Of a stretch of 64,000 bases of DNA, positions 9,780 to 19,862 are shown piece by piece. The DNA is from Thermoanaerobaculia bacterium (GTDB lineage Bacteria > Acidobacteriota > Thermoanaerobaculia > Gp7-AA8): assembly GCA_034664845.1 (NCBI GenBank), contig JAXDGW010000010.1, positions 58,936 to 122,935 of the forward strand, in the 5' to 3' direction. The notes under the pieces are model-generated. The model saw only the letters and a list, made by a program, of their open reading frames with translations. It had not been told where the DNA came from and made no database searches. Both the position numbers and the translations under genes were made by a program. Position 1 is the stretch's first letter. Every line of letters begins with the position of its first letter.

Positions 9780-10682
9780 TTATGGTTCGTGGACGACGGC
9801 GCGGGGCGTTCGCTCAAATACGAATTCATTGCATCCGAGACCGCCGCCGGCAGTCCTCAGGTTGCGCAGAGAAAAACCGCGCTCGTGCAGGAAGCGAAAA
9901 ACCTCTTCCGGCCGGGCCGTCTCAAATGGATATCCGCCGAGCCAGTCGATCCAGTCGTGCACGAGGGACATCCCGCGCTCCGATTGATAATCCTGATAAC
10001 GGCGCAGCGGATTACGAAGCGACAACACATCGCCGGCAACGCCGCGCACGACCCAATACGGAACGAACGCCGTGAGCACGGCCACCCGTCCAATGGCGCT
10101 CGCGCTGTAAAGGCGCTTGATCTTCTTCCAGAGGCGGGTTTTCCGTCGCTGATCGTTATAGATTGCAATGAAGAGCACGCCGCTGTCGGCAACGAGCTCA
10201 CTGGCATTCGCAATTGCGTCCCACATCCTGCCTGTGTGGTGGAGAACACCCCACGAGTAAACGACGTCCCATCGGCCGAGAGAAGCCACATACGCATCGT
10301 CGAGGATGTCACCACGTTCGACGGTCCAAGGCACGCTGTCCGGTGCGAAACGGCGTTTGATCTCGGCCGTCGTAGCGACACTCTTCGGGTCATAGTCGAA
10401 CGAATGCACGCGCGCGGCGCCTAGACGAACCGCCGCCAGCGTGGAGAGTCCGCTTCCTGAACCGGCATCGAGAAACGTTCGTCCGGCGATCGCCTCCCTG
10501 CCGCCGATCATCTCGAGCATCGACGCCTCGGCAGCCTCGATGCGCCGCTCGTCGACACATTCGAGGAAGCGCGACCAATTCGCGCCGAACTCGAAGCGCA
10601 CCTGGTCGCTGGCGGACGATGATGAGGTCACGCCGTGAGCTCTCCCGACTGCCGGTTTGCCGCTTTTTCCGCGACCACCCAA
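9780..10682 (-). CDS. Class I SAM-dependent methyltransferase
   Basis: SAM motif I FLDAGSGSGLSTL and a C-terminal Trp/Tyr-rich extension. The start may instead be the GTG at 10631, which forms a GTGA overlap with the upstream stop. Confidence 0.65.
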   Translation of the reverse strand: MGGRGKSGKPAVGRAHGVTSSSSASDQVRFEFGANWSRFLECVDERRIEAAEASMLEMIGGREAIAGRTFLDAGSGSGLSTLAAVRLGAARVHSFDYDPKSVATTAEIKRRFAPDSVPWTVERGDILDDAYVASLGRWDVVYSWGVLHHTGRMWDAIANASELVADSGVLFIAIYNDQRRKTRLWKKIKRLYSASAIGRVAVLTAFVPYWVVRGVAGDVLSLRNPLRRYQDYQSERGMSLVHDWIDWLGGYPFETARPEEVFRFLHERGFSLRNLRTAGGGLGCNEFVFERTPRAVVHEP

Positions 10683-11704
10683 CCAACGCCTCGGCGAAGC
10701 GTTTCCACGCCGTCTGCGCGATCGAAATACGACCAGAATTCCTCCGGCAGGATGATCCGCTGGTATGCGTGCTGGCCGTAATAGTCGTACGTATTCGTCC
10801 AGGTGGTTTTGAAATCGGGCATCAGGTCATAGTAGAGCGCCGTGGCGCTCCAGCGAACCAGGCGGCCGAGCAATGGGACATACGCCAATGCCGCAAAGAA
10901 CCCGCAAATGAATAGGAGCTTGAACCGCTCCATGCGGCTCAATCGTCTTCGGAGCATCTCGTAATACCCGAGCCTGAATTTGCGGACGACGCGGCGAAGA
11001 AGACCTCGCGGAGGCGCTTGCGCGTAATGGCAGGCCAGAATACGCGCAGACGGTCTGCCCACACGGCAAAGCTCCTGCACCGTGGCCACGGAATCGCGGG
11101 TGTGCTGGATGACCCCTTCGCAATAGACAACGTCGAATTGCTCCGCTTCGAACGGCAACTGCGTAATGTCGCCCTGCACGCCCACCCAGTTTGCATTCAT
11201 GCGCAATTTGCGTGCGACGACATCGATTGCCGACGAGAGATCGATCGAAACGACGTCGGCACCGTGGCGAAGCAGGTAGGCCGACTGGTCCCCCGCCCCC
11301 GCTCCGGCGTCCAGCGTCAGACGGCCGCGGAAATCGTCGATGGAAATGCCAAAGCGATCGACGACACGCATCCTCAGATCGTCGTCGGTGCGCATCTCGC
11401 TATTCCACGTCCACTGCCAGCCGAAGCTCTCGACGGTCGCTTCCGATTGAAAATCGCCGGCCGGCGGCGGCTGCAGGCCGAGTGCTTCGAGCCACTGGCG
11501 ATGACGGTTCGCCGTCTCGGGAGTGAGGCGGGCCACGCAGTCGACGATCGGATATCCAGTCGACGTTCCCTCGATCCGGAGCGCGCCGCACACTGGTACC
11601 CCAGCCGGCGTACGTGCCAGCACGATCGGTTCGAGACGCTTGCCGCTGATCGGGTCGCGCCAGGCGATTCGGTCAAAAAGGGGTGAGGGAGAAGTTGAGG
11701 ACAT
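10628..11704 (-). CDS. Class I SAM-dependent methyltransferase (paralogue of 2911..3894)
   Basis: FGWQWTWNS motif followed by TLDAGAGAGDQS (motif I). The domain order and C-terminal extension are the same as in ORF 2911..3894. Confidence 0.65.
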   Translation of the reverse strand: MSSTSPSPLFDRIAWRDPISGKRLEPIVLARTPAGVPVCGALRIEGTSTGYPIVDCVARLTPETANRHRQWLEALGLQPPPAGDFQSEATVESFGWQWTWNSEMRTDDDLRMRVVDRFGISIDDFRGRLTLDAGAGAGDQSAYLLRHGADVVSIDLSSAIDVVARKLRMNANWVGVQGDITQLPFEAEQFDVVYCEGVIQHTRDSVATVQELCRVGRPSARILACHYAQAPPRGLLRRVVRKFRLGYYEMLRRRLSRMERFKLLFICGFFAALAYVPLLGRLVRWSATALYYDLMPDFKTTWTNTYDYYGQHAYQRIILPEEFWSYFDRADGVETLRRGVGWVVAEKAANRQSGELTA

Positions 11705-11708
11705 CGGG

Positions 11709-12782
11709 TTACGCCGTCACCGTCGCGCCTTGCTGCACGGCCTTTTTCTCTTCCGCCTTGATCATCTCTTCGATGATCGACGGGAGCTCGTGCGTGATCG
11801 ACCACGACGGGAAGTGCTCCTTCATCTTGTTGAGATTCGAGATGTAGCAAATGTGATCGCCGATGCGGTTCCGCTCGTCGTACGTCCACTTCACGCGATA
11901 GCCGCCGATCTGCTCGATGAGGTCGAAGCATTCCAGCACCGATGCGGCGTTCGAACGTCCACCGCCGAGGTTGTAGACCTCGCCCGGCCGGGGATTCGCA
12001 GCGAACGCCTCGAATGCCGCGATGACGTCCGCGCTATGGATCTGGTCGCGCACCTGCTTCGCTTTATAGCCGAACACCGTGTACGGCTTGCCTGTAACCG
12101 CGACATGTACGAGGTACGAGAGAAAGCCGTGTAACTCCACGCCGGAGTGAGACGGCCCTGTGAGGCAACCGCCGCGGAAAATCCCCACTTTCATTCCGAA
12201 ATACTTGCCGTACTCCTGGGCCAGAACATCGCCGGCTGTCTTCGATGCGCCGAAGAGCGAATGAACGCAACGGTCGATCCGGCAGTCTTCAGCGACACCA
12301 TCAAAGTCCTCGGCGCGCGCATAGTCCCAGCGCTTCTCGAGCTCGACGAGGGGAATCTCGTTCGGCGCGTCGCCATACACCTTATTCGTGCTCATGTGAA
12401 TGAACACGGCATCCGCGGCGTGACGGCGCGTCGCTTCGAGAAGGTTCAAGGTACCGACGGCGTTCACGTCGAAGTCGTCGAACGGAATGTCTCGGGCCTT
12501 GTCGTGCGACGGCTGCGCCGCGCAGTGGACGATCATGTCCGGCCGCGATTCCTTGAAGAAATCCAGCACCGCGGCGCGATCGCGAATATCGATGTCGTGC
12601 GGCGAAAAGCGCTGCGTTTCACGCATCAGCCGTTGCAAGTTCCAGCTCGTGTCGCCCTCGGGACCGAAGAACTCGCGCCTCATGTTGTTGTCGATGCCGA
12701 GCACCGAGTATCCGGCCGCATCGAAGTGCTGCACCGCCTCGGAACCGATCAAACCACTGCTTCCTGTTACCAGAACACGCAT
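11709..12782 (-). CDS. NAD-dependent epimerase/dehydratase, CDP-paratose/tyvelose 2-epimerase-like SDR
   Basis: MRVLVTGSSGLIGSEAV (Rossmann GxxGxxG), catalytic YxxxK region (MSTNKVYGD...), 357 aa. The C-terminal part is typical of CDP-sugar epimerases. Confidence 0.65.
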   Translation of the reverse strand: MRVLVTGSSGLIGSEAVQHFDAAGYSVLGIDNNMRREFFGPEGDTSWNLQRLMRETQRFSPHDIDIRDRAAVLDFFKESRPDMIVHCAAQPSHDKARDIPFDDFDVNAVGTLNLLEATRRHAADAVFIHMSTNKVYGDAPNEIPLVELEKRWDYARAEDFDGVAEDCRIDRCVHSLFGASKTAGDVLAQEYGKYFGMKVGIFRGGCLTGPSHSGVELHGFLSYLVHVAVTGKPYTVFGYKAKQVRDQIHSADVIAAFEAFAANPRPGEVYNLGGGRSNAASVLECFDLIEQIGGYRVKWTYDERNRIGDHICYISNLNKMKEHFPSWSITHELPSIIEEMIKAEEKKAVQQGATVTA

Positions 12783-12785
12783 GAC

Positions 12786-13823
12786 TCACTCCACCTTGAT
12801 CGCGCTGCGGCGCAGGACGGCGCCGAGGCCAATGTCGTCGAACATCTGTTTGAAACGGTGCGTCCACATATGCTCGGCCCGAGTCCGATCGTGGTACGCC
12901 CTGGCGATACGGGCCCGCTCACTCTCGTGGCTCGCGTAATAACGCACTTTCTCCGCACAGTCGTCCAGATCCTCGAACGCTACGAATTCTTTCCCCGGCT
13001 CGTAATAGCGTTCCAGGCTGGGACTCTGACGGCAGATCATCATCGTACCCGAAAGGCCCTGTTCGAATGTCCGGCTCTTGATCTGGAGGATGTCGGCGCT
13101 GACGCTGGCCTCCATCGGCGTGTACGAGATCCTGCTGCGGTTCCAGATGTCATTGATCTCGTCGTAATGAATGACCGCGCCATAAATTGAAGGGAAACGG
13201 AACGTCACTTTGCGGATGCCGGGCCAATAGAGAAACGCCGGCGTGCGCACCATTCCCGACATGAAGCCGTAGACACGGAGACCGGCGTGTTTGGCGAGGT
13301 AGCGGGCTGAGCGCACCCGGTCGCCGTAAATCTGGCCTGCGAACGTAAAGTCGAGATCCTTCGGCCGGTCGAAGTCGCCGAATCCGTCGAAGCATCCCCA
13401 CTGACTCAGGCGCAGGTTCGGATAGCGTGCCCGGTTCTGCTCGAAAATGTGCGGATATGTCGTAAACATGAAGGTGAAATAGGGAGCCATGAGGCTCGTC
13501 TGGCTCTCCCAGGCGAAATCGTCGTCGCTGTTCCAGGCAATCGTCGGCGCGTAACGCCCCGCTTCCCGAACCGGTTCACCGATGTGCCGCGCCTCCTGAC
13601 AGGCGGTCTGATAGATGATGGCGTCATAGCCGCCCTCCCGCACCGTTTTCAGAAACTCCTCGCCCGTTTGCGCCGGCCCCTTTTCCTTCATGGAACGGTA
13701 ATGGTCGAAATGTGCGACGTCGACGCCGAGCGAGCGGAGTACGTCCGTAAAAACGATATACAACGGCTCCACCGTATTGCTCACCCCGTAGTAGCCCTTT
13801 GTGACACAAGAAAGAATCTTCAT
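12786..13823 (-). CDS. CgeB-family (DUF3880/Glyco_trans_1_2-like) putative glycosyltransferase
   Basis: 345 aa. The C-terminal region VAFEDLDDCAEKVRYYASHESERARIARAYHDRTRAEHMWTHRF resembles the CgeB spore-maturation GT family. The assignment rests on memory of the family. Confidence 0.4.
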   Translation of the reverse strand: MKILSCVTKGYYGVSNTVEPLYIVFTDVLRSLGVDVAHFDHYRSMKEKGPAQTGEEFLKTVREGGYDAIIYQTACQEARHIGEPVREAGRYAPTIAWNSDDDFAWESQTSLMAPYFTFMFTTYPHIFEQNRARYPNLRLSQWGCFDGFGDFDRPKDLDFTFAGQIYGDRVRSARYLAKHAGLRVYGFMSGMVRTPAFLYWPGIRKVTFRFPSIYGAVIHYDEINDIWNRSRISYTPMEASVSADILQIKSRTFEQGLSGTMMICRQSPSLERYYEPGKEFVAFEDLDDCAEKVRYYASHESERARIARAYHDRTRAEHMWTHRFKQMFDDIGLGAVLRRSAIKVE

Positions 13824-14464
13824 CGTGGCGGGGTGATGCGGATGATGTCGTCAACGACTTCGACGCTGTAGTGGGGGTCCAGGGAAGCCACGATCTCACG
13901 GACGCCGTCGATCGTAGGATAGTCCGCCGTTCCATTAAACGATCGCGCGTCGTCGACGAGCAGTACGTGACCTGGCGCATTCCGTCGAAAGATCTCCCGC
14001 AACTCCTGGGCGATCGGCGTGTCGATCGTGCCGCGGGCCGTAGCGCCGCCCGAATAGTGAGCGTCAAGCCAGAAAAGGGCACGGCCGGAAAGCCCGGCCA
14101 CGATTCCTGGAAGCTCGCTGGCGCTGTCGCCATGGTGAAGGTGGATGTGCGGTCTCCGCGCAAAGCGCGCCCGCGCCTTCGCATAAAACTCCTCGCTCAA
14201 CTCGATCGAGTGCAGCGTCTCGAAGGACCTGGCCATCGCCGCGATCATGTCGCCGAGATAGGTGCCGGTCTCAACAAGTGTCCGCGCTCCATACCGACTG
14301 GCGTAGTCACGGACCACGCGGCGTTTGACCGCGTGCGGCATCCCAACGGATGCATCCCACATTCCGAGCCGGTAACGGATTCCCTGAATCCAATGAAGCA
14401 CGCGGTAGTGGAGATACAGCAGACGCCGGCGAAGCGGGATCGCCACCGGAACGTCATTGGTCAT
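13820..14464 (-). CDS. Class I SAM-dependent O-methyltransferase (TylF/Methyltransf_24-like)
   Basis: TLVETGTYLGDM (motif I variant) and FWLDAHYSGG. The ATG at 14462-14464 overlaps the GT2 stop (ATGA). The longer ORF start at 14533 would overlap the upstream gene by 73 bp. Confidence 0.55.
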   Translation of the reverse strand: MTNDVPVAIPLRRRLLYLHYRVLHWIQGIRYRLGMWDASVGMPHAVKRRVVRDYASRYGARTLVETGTYLGDMIAAMARSFETLHSIELSEEFYAKARARFARRPHIHLHHGDSASELPGIVAGLSGRALFWLDAHYSGGATARGTIDTPIAQELREIFRRNAPGHVLLVDDARSFNGTADYPTIDGVREIVASLDPHYSVEVVDDIIRITPPR

Positions 14465-15351
14465 AAAGACTCCCTGGCCATGAACAACCGCTTCATGCGG
14501 CGCCTTACAGCCTGCGACATCCAGCCGCTCCATATAAAGAGATCGCGCACGTATTTGATCGAAGCAAGAACCATGACGTATGTCTGAAACCCTCGCGAGG
14601 CTCCGGCCATCCGTGCGACCTTCACGTACCGGAGCGAGTACTTCAGATTCTCGCGCACATAAACGAGGAGCCCCGACGGCACGGACACCATTGCCTGATA
14701 GCGTTTGAAGAAAAGGATCTTCGGCGCGATGCGGCAGGGGCCTTGAAGGATCAGATCGAACACGAAAAGCACGTCCGAGGCGAAGGGCGCCCAGTGAAAC
14801 ACAGTCAAACCGTGGCCGAGCCCTGAGCGGCGATGAAGAGCATAAAACAGATTCGCCTTGCCGTAGCCGTCGTTCTGCAGGATGAAGCGGCGCACGCGTT
14901 CGCGCCGGCCAGCGACTTCAAATTCCGCCGTCTTGTTGACGACCCAATCGCCCTCAGGCATCCAGAAGTTCTGCACGAACGTAAAGGCCATCACAGCCGT
15001 TGGGTCGTTGTCGAGAAGTTCTACCACGGTCGCCAGATACTCCGGCGCCCAGATATCGTCAGCCGCTGCCCACATGTAGTACGGAGCGGACGTCTCGGCG
15101 AGAACGAATTCGAAATTCGCAATGCCTCCGCGGTTCTGCGTATGGCGGACATACCGCACACGGCTGTCGCTCGCCGCCAGGCGACGGCAGATCGTCTCCG
15201 TCTCGTCGGTCGAGCCATTGTCGGAGATGAGGAGATCGAACGCCGTGAAGGTTTGCGAAAGCAGAGACACGACGGCCTCTTCAATGGTATCGCCGCCGTT
15301 GTACACAGGCATACCAATGCTGACGCGTGACCCATCGGACTCACGAGGCAA
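14461..15351 (-). CDS. Glycosyltransferase family 2
   Basis: VSIGMPVYNGGDTIEEAVVSLLSQTFTAFDLLISDNGSTDETE. This is the classic GT2 N-terminus with a DxD-type segment. Confidence 0.75.
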   Translation of the reverse strand: MPRESDGSRVSIGMPVYNGGDTIEEAVVSLLSQTFTAFDLLISDNGSTDETETICRRLAASDSRVRYVRHTQNRGGIANFEFVLAETSAPYYMWAAADDIWAPEYLATVVELLDNDPTAVMAFTFVQNFWMPEGDWVVNKTAEFEVAGRRERVRRFILQNDGYGKANLFYALHRRSGLGHGLTVFHWAPFASDVLFVFDLILQGPCRIAPKILFFKRYQAMVSVPSGLLVYVRENLKYSLRYVKVARMAGASRGFQTYVMVLASIKYVRDLFIWSGWMSQAVRRRMKRLFMARESL

Positions 15352-16843
15352 AGCGGTTCCTCAATGTCAGGACAATTCGCTGGCGAACGTCACGCGCCGT
15401 CATGGCAGCGCACAATAGCGCGGCGGCGCCGGTGAACCCGATGGCCAGCAGCGCGCGCAGTGTCGTCAAGCTCGCCGGCGTGATCGCGCGTGCGACGGCG
15501 ACAACGAGAATAGTAGCCCCGAGCGGAAGCAGCGTGTCCCGAAAATACCAGGGCCATTTGGCGTGAGGCAGAATACGAGTGTGCATGATGGGGATGCTGA
15601 TCGTGAGATAGCCGATATTGAGGATCAGCCACGCAAATGCGGCACCAACCCCTCCGAACTGTCGCGCGAGCACGATCGTCAGCGGCACGATTACCGCGAC
15701 CGCCACGGCGTTCGTATAGATGCTCAGCGAGACCCACCCGTACGCCAGCTGCAACTGATACGGAAGGAATAGAGTTGAGTGGAGCATCGTGCCGACGACG
15801 AGCACGGACAGAATCGCCGCGGTGCTCGATGCAGTCCGAATGTCGTGCGTCCACGCCAGGAGGAGCTCATACGAAAAGAAACTGATCACGACGGCGGCCG
15901 GGAATACCACCACCGACATGAGCTGACACGCGCGGTGATAAACATCCTCGAGTTGGCCCCAGTCGGCAAGCGCCACAAGAGCGGTAAAGCGAGGAAACAG
16001 GGCCTGCGAGAGCGGTCCCACAAGCCGGTACAGACTGCCGGCCGCAACGCCCGCCAGCGTGTAATAGCCGAACAGTTCCAGCGGCAGAAACCGGCTGAGC
16101 ACGAGTTTGTCCGCCTGGGTCAGCGCGACTGCCAGCAGCGTGATCGCGTTGGCACCGGCGGCAAAACGCCAGATCGCGTGAAGCTCGCGTTTGTCGAACC
16201 GCGCCCGGTCGCCGGGAGGCAACGTCAGCCACACCGCGCTGCACATCGCCGCGGTCTGCAATGCATAAGCAACGGCCTGCCATTGAAAAAACGCGGACAC
16301 GCTCGGCTCGATCAGAGTGAGAACCAATACCGAGCCAACGCCATTGACCACGGCAGCGGATACGTTGATGACGTTCGCCGTAACTTGACGCTCCAGTCCA
16401 TAGAGCACCCCGGCGTAAAAGCTGAGGGGCCATTGCAGCATCGACGCGATGCCGATGAGAACCATCGTCCGCGTGAGCACGGCCGTCGTGAGATGGCTAT
16501 CCCCAAGCCAATGCGTAGCGATCAGCGGCGCCAGCGCCGCCACAGAGACGCCGATCATCAGGGCGACACCCCAATACAGAGTCTCTGTCGTCCGGATGAG
16601 AACCCGGTTCTTGGATGCGCGTTCCGGCGATGCCGATCGAAGAGCCAATTCTCTCATGACTGCGACACTGAGGCCTGCATCGAGCGGCCCGAACAGAGAC
16701 TGCAGCGCCGCAAACACCCCCACTAAGGCATAACCTTCAATGCCCATTCGCGCGATGTAAAACGGAATGAGCACCAGCGAAAGCAGCGCCGGCAGGATGC
16801 TCCCGGCATAATTCGCGGCGATGTTGCGGATCGTTTTCGTCAT
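15341..16843 (-). CDS. wzx: Wzx-type oligosaccharide flippase (MOP/polysaccharide biosynthesis protein family)
   Basis: 500 aa and about 12-14 TM helices. The N-terminus IRNIAANYAGSILPALLSLVLIPFYIARMG is typical of PST/Wzx. Confidence 0.8.
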   Translation of the reverse strand: MTKTIRNIAANYAGSILPALLSLVLIPFYIARMGIEGYALVGVFAALQSLFGPLDAGLSVAVMRELALRSASPERASKNRVLIRTTETLYWGVALMIGVSVAALAPLIATHWLGDSHLTTAVLTRTMVLIGIASMLQWPLSFYAGVLYGLERQVTANVINVSAAVVNGVGSVLVLTLIEPSVSAFFQWQAVAYALQTAAMCSAVWLTLPPGDRARFDKRELHAIWRFAAGANAITLLAVALTQADKLVLSRFLPLELFGYYTLAGVAAGSLYRLVGPLSQALFPRFTALVALADWGQLEDVYHRACQLMSVVVFPAAVVISFFSYELLLAWTHDIRTASSTAAILSVLVVGTMLHSTLFLPYQLQLAYGWVSLSIYTNAVAVAVIVPLTIVLARQFGGVGAAFAWLILNIGYLTISIPIMHTRILPHAKWPWYFRDTLLPLGATILVVAVARAITPASLTTLRALLAIGFTGAAALLCAAMTARDVRQRIVLTLRNRFAS

Positions 16844-18000
16844 CGTGCGCGGAGAAGCGCCGCCGACGGGCCGCGAAGGGCTTCGACAGCGTCCACGAGC
16901 ACCTCGCAGACGCGGAGGACATCCTCTTTCGTTAGATTGAGTCCACTGGGCAAATTCACTCCATACGGGGCAATCCGGTACGCCACCGGATTGCGTTCCC
17001 TCGCGCCAATCGCCGAGGGACTGCCGGCATAGGCTGGGATAGAGCTCAGCGGATGAAAAAACGGCCGTGTGTCAATGTCTGCTTCCCGCAGTTGATGGAT
17101 GAGCTCTTCCTTGGAAACGCCCAACTCAGGATCGACGATCACGGTAATCATCCAGTAGGCGTTCTTCGTCCCCGGGGCCTCATCGTTCAGAGTGAGCTCC
17201 GGACGGTCCGCCAGTTTCTCGCGGTACCACTGGAAAATCTCGCGCTTACGATCCACAAGCTCATCGACTCGCTCCAATTGCGCCAGTCCGAGTGCTGCCT
17301 GCATGCTCGACATCTTGTATTTGAAGGCAACCTCACGATTGAAGAACATCGTGTCGCCGGGCGCGCGGCCGTGATCGCGGAGAACGCTGGCTCGCCCAAA
17401 GAGCTGCTCGTCATCCGTAACGAGCATCCCGCCCTCGCCCGTTGTCAGCGTCTTGGAGCCGTGGAAGCTGAAAACGCCGGCACGCCCGAAACTACCGGCG
17501 CGCCGGCCGAAGTATTCGGCGCCAATCGCTTCCGCGGCATCTTCGATGACGGCGATGCCGTGGTGGTCTGCGATCGCTTCAATGGCTGCCAGGTCGGCCG
17601 GGCTGCCATACAGGTCAACAGGAATCACCGCCTTTGTGCGAGGCGTAATGGCCCGCTCGAAGGACTCCGGGTCGAGACACCAGCTTTTCTCGTCGATATC
17701 CGCGAACACCGTCGCCGCGCCGACATACGTAATCGGCGCCGCCGAGGCGATCCAGGTCGCCTCGGGGACAATTACCTCGTCTCCTGGGCCAATACCGAGC
17801 GCAGCCAGCGCCAGGTGAATCCCCGCGGTGCAAGACGGCAGTGCGATGGCATAACGGACACCGATGTAGTCAGCAAACGCCTTCTCGAATCGATGATGAA
17901 AGACGTTCGCATTCGCGTACCACGCATTGCTGACGGCATCCATCACATAATCGATTTCTTTTTGTGTGATCCAGGGACCGGAAACAGGAATACGGCTCAT
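16840..18000 (-). CDS. DegT/DnrJ/EryC1/StrS-family PLP-dependent sugar aminotransferase
   Basis: SGPWITQKEIDYV, ALPSCTAGIHLAL and FSFHGSKTLTTGEGG (the PLP lysine region). The M8 start (MSRIP) at 18000 avoids overlap with the upstream gene. Confidence 0.8.
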   Translation of the reverse strand: MSRIPVSGPWITQKEIDYVMDAVSNAWYANANVFHHRFEKAFADYIGVRYAIALPSCTAGIHLALAALGIGPGDEVIVPEATWIASAAPITYVGAATVFADIDEKSWCLDPESFERAITPRTKAVIPVDLYGSPADLAAIEAIADHHGIAVIEDAAEAIGAEYFGRRAGSFGRAGVFSFHGSKTLTTGEGGMLVTDDEQLFGRASVLRDHGRAPGDTMFFNREVAFKYKMSSMQAALGLAQLERVDELVDRKREIFQWYREKLADRPELTLNDEAPGTKNAYWMITVIVDPELGVSKEELIHQLREADIDTRPFFHPLSSIPAYAGSPSAIGARERNPVAYRIAPYGVNLPSGLNLTKEDVLRVCEVLVDAVEALRGPSAALLRAR

Positions 18001-18005
18001 ACTCG

Positions 18006-18740
18006 TTAGTCCTTCACACAACGCAGGTAACCATCTCTGGCCACTGTAACCAGGAGCTTCGCCTCAATTCGCTTGTCAATTTCGAAGCGGTCATTTGTCT
18101 TCATGAATTCCCACACAGCCGTCTTCGGGTTGTTCGACTTACCCCACGGCCGGTCTGTGAAGAACCCCTCCGGCTGATCTTCGATGGTCGTGTCGAAGAC
18201 AACGAGGTAGCTGTCCTTACCGACGAGCGGCGAGTACGCTTCCAATTCGGCCAGGACGTGGTCGTGCGTGTGATTGGAATCGAGCACGACGATGGTTCTC
18301 TTTCCAGCAGCGCGGGCGGCCACTTGCGCCACGACGCCTGCGTCTATGGATGAACCGGAGATCATGTCGATGCGCCCGGCCATCGGATGCGCCTCGATTC
18401 GCTTGCGATTGTGGTCGCGGATATCGATATCGATTCCCAGTACGCGACCGTCGCCGCCGAGAAGCTGGAGCATGGAGGCATAGAAGATCAGCGAGCCGCC
18501 GTGCGCAATCCCCGTCTCCACAATGAGATCCGGGCGAACCTCCCAGATGATCTCCTGCATCGCGCAGAGATCCTGAGGAAATTGAATGATCGGTATGCCC
18601 AGCCAGTTGAAATTGTAGGTGTACTTGAACCGGGCCGTCTCGCGCATGAAGTCGAGCCCCAGGCTGCTCAAGGCCGCATCGCCGCCCAGGGCTTCGATAT
18701 TGCGCTTCTTCTCCTCGTCAAACAACTCCAATGGATCCAT
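18006..18740 (-). CDS. CmcI/rhamnosyl-O-methyltransferase family (cephalosporin-hydroxylase-like class I MTase fold)
   Basis: PDLIVETGIAHGGSLIFYA...RVLGIDIDIRDHN...VVLDSNHTHDHV. 244 aa. Confidence 0.6.
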   Translation of the reverse strand: MDPLELFDEEKKRNIEALGGDAALSSLGLDFMRETARFKYTYNFNWLGIPIIQFPQDLCAMQEIIWEVRPDLIVETGIAHGGSLIFYASMLQLLGGDGRVLGIDIDIRDHNRKRIEAHPMAGRIDMISGSSIDAGVVAQVAARAAGKRTIVVLDSNHTHDHVLAELEAYSPLVGKDSYLVVFDTTIEDQPEGFFTDRPWGKSNNPKTAVWEFMKTNDRFEIDKRIEAKLLVTVARDGYLRCVKD

Positions 18741-18784
18741 CGGCAGTCCTTATTCTCGAATCGTGGCAGCGCGTAGCGGCGAAT

Positions 18785-19831
18785 TCAGTGTTGGGATGTT
18801 CCCGCACCGACTGCGCTTTGGCCAATCGCTGCCTCTCCGGCACATCGTTCAGCAATGCTCATGATCAGCGACTGAGAGGGGTTGATGACGTCGACTTTGC
18901 TGACCTCGGTGATGAGGAGCTTTGCATCGACGTGGTATTGCTCGCATGCTTTCTCGATTCGCGGCAGAAAGCTGGAGTGAAACTGCGCCGAGGCCATCGT
19001 CACCTCGAGGGCGGAGACACCCGTTCCGCCGGTCATCAGAGGCTGAATCAGCCGCTCGCCCACTTCCATTGCTTTGAGCAGGTCTACTCCTGTCTTGTAG
19101 CCCAGTTTCTCCAACAGCACCAGCATGACCTCGGTCTGTGAATTGCCGCTGCTCCGTCCCATACCGAGCATCGTCGTGTCGATCATCGTCGCGCCCGCCT
19201 CAATCGCCGCAAGGGCGTTGGCGTTTGCGAGGCCGAAGTTGTTATGACCGTGGAATCCGATCCCTGTATCGCCAACGACATCGCGGAGGCGGGCCACATA
19301 CTCGCGGACCTCATTCGGCATCATGCCTCCGGCGGAGTCCACAAGGTAGACGGTCTCGGCGCCCCATTCCGCTGTCTCTTTCAGGCGGCGCTGAAACTCC
19401 TCTGGCGAGACTGCATAGGACTTCATGGCATTGTAGGAAACTTCGAATCCAAGTTTCCGGCCATACTCGATGAACTCCCGCGCCTCCTCGGAACGGGTGA
19501 CGTTCGTGCCGATCCGGATGAACGACATCCCGTAATGACGGGCCATGTCGAGATGCTCCTTCGTTCCCAGCCCGGGAATGAAGAATGCGCCGAATTTCGC
19601 CTTCTTCAATGCCTGCGCGGCGGCGCGGACATATTCCTCGTCCGAGGCGGCGGCGAGGCCGATTTCGGGAACGGAAGCGCCAAGGCCGGAGCCATGTCCG
19701 ATCTCGATCAAGTCGAAACCTGCGGCCTCGAGTGCCGCGCTGATGACGGACGTGTCGTGCGCGGTAAATTTGAAATCGATGGCATAGCTGCCGTCGCGGA
19801 GTGTGCACTCCAGGATTCGTACGCGGTTCAT
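18785..19831 (-). CDS. DRE-TIM metallolyase (HMGL-like; 4-hydroxy-2-oxovalerate aldolase/2-isopropylmalate synthase superfamily) aldolase
   Basis: RILECTLRDGSYAIDF... and HGHNNFGLANANALAAIEAGA (metal-binding His-x-His of DRE-TIM aldolases). It is not paired with an acylating dehydrogenase. Confidence 0.6.
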   Translation of the reverse strand: MNRVRILECTLRDGSYAIDFKFTAHDTSVISAALEAAGFDLIEIGHGSGLGASVPEIGLAAASDEEYVRAAAQALKKAKFGAFFIPGLGTKEHLDMARHYGMSFIRIGTNVTRSEEAREFIEYGRKLGFEVSYNAMKSYAVSPEEFQRRLKETAEWGAETVYLVDSAGGMMPNEVREYVARLRDVVGDTGIGFHGHNNFGLANANALAAIEAGATMIDTTMLGMGRSSGNSQTEVMLVLLEKLGYKTGVDLLKAMEVGERLIQPLMTGGTGVSALEVTMASAQFHSSFLPRIEKACEQYHVDAKLLITEVSKVDVINPSQSLIMSIAERCAGEAAIGQSAVGAGTSQH

Positions 19832-19862
19832 TGTCGAGATCTCCAATCCGAATTGCGGAATT

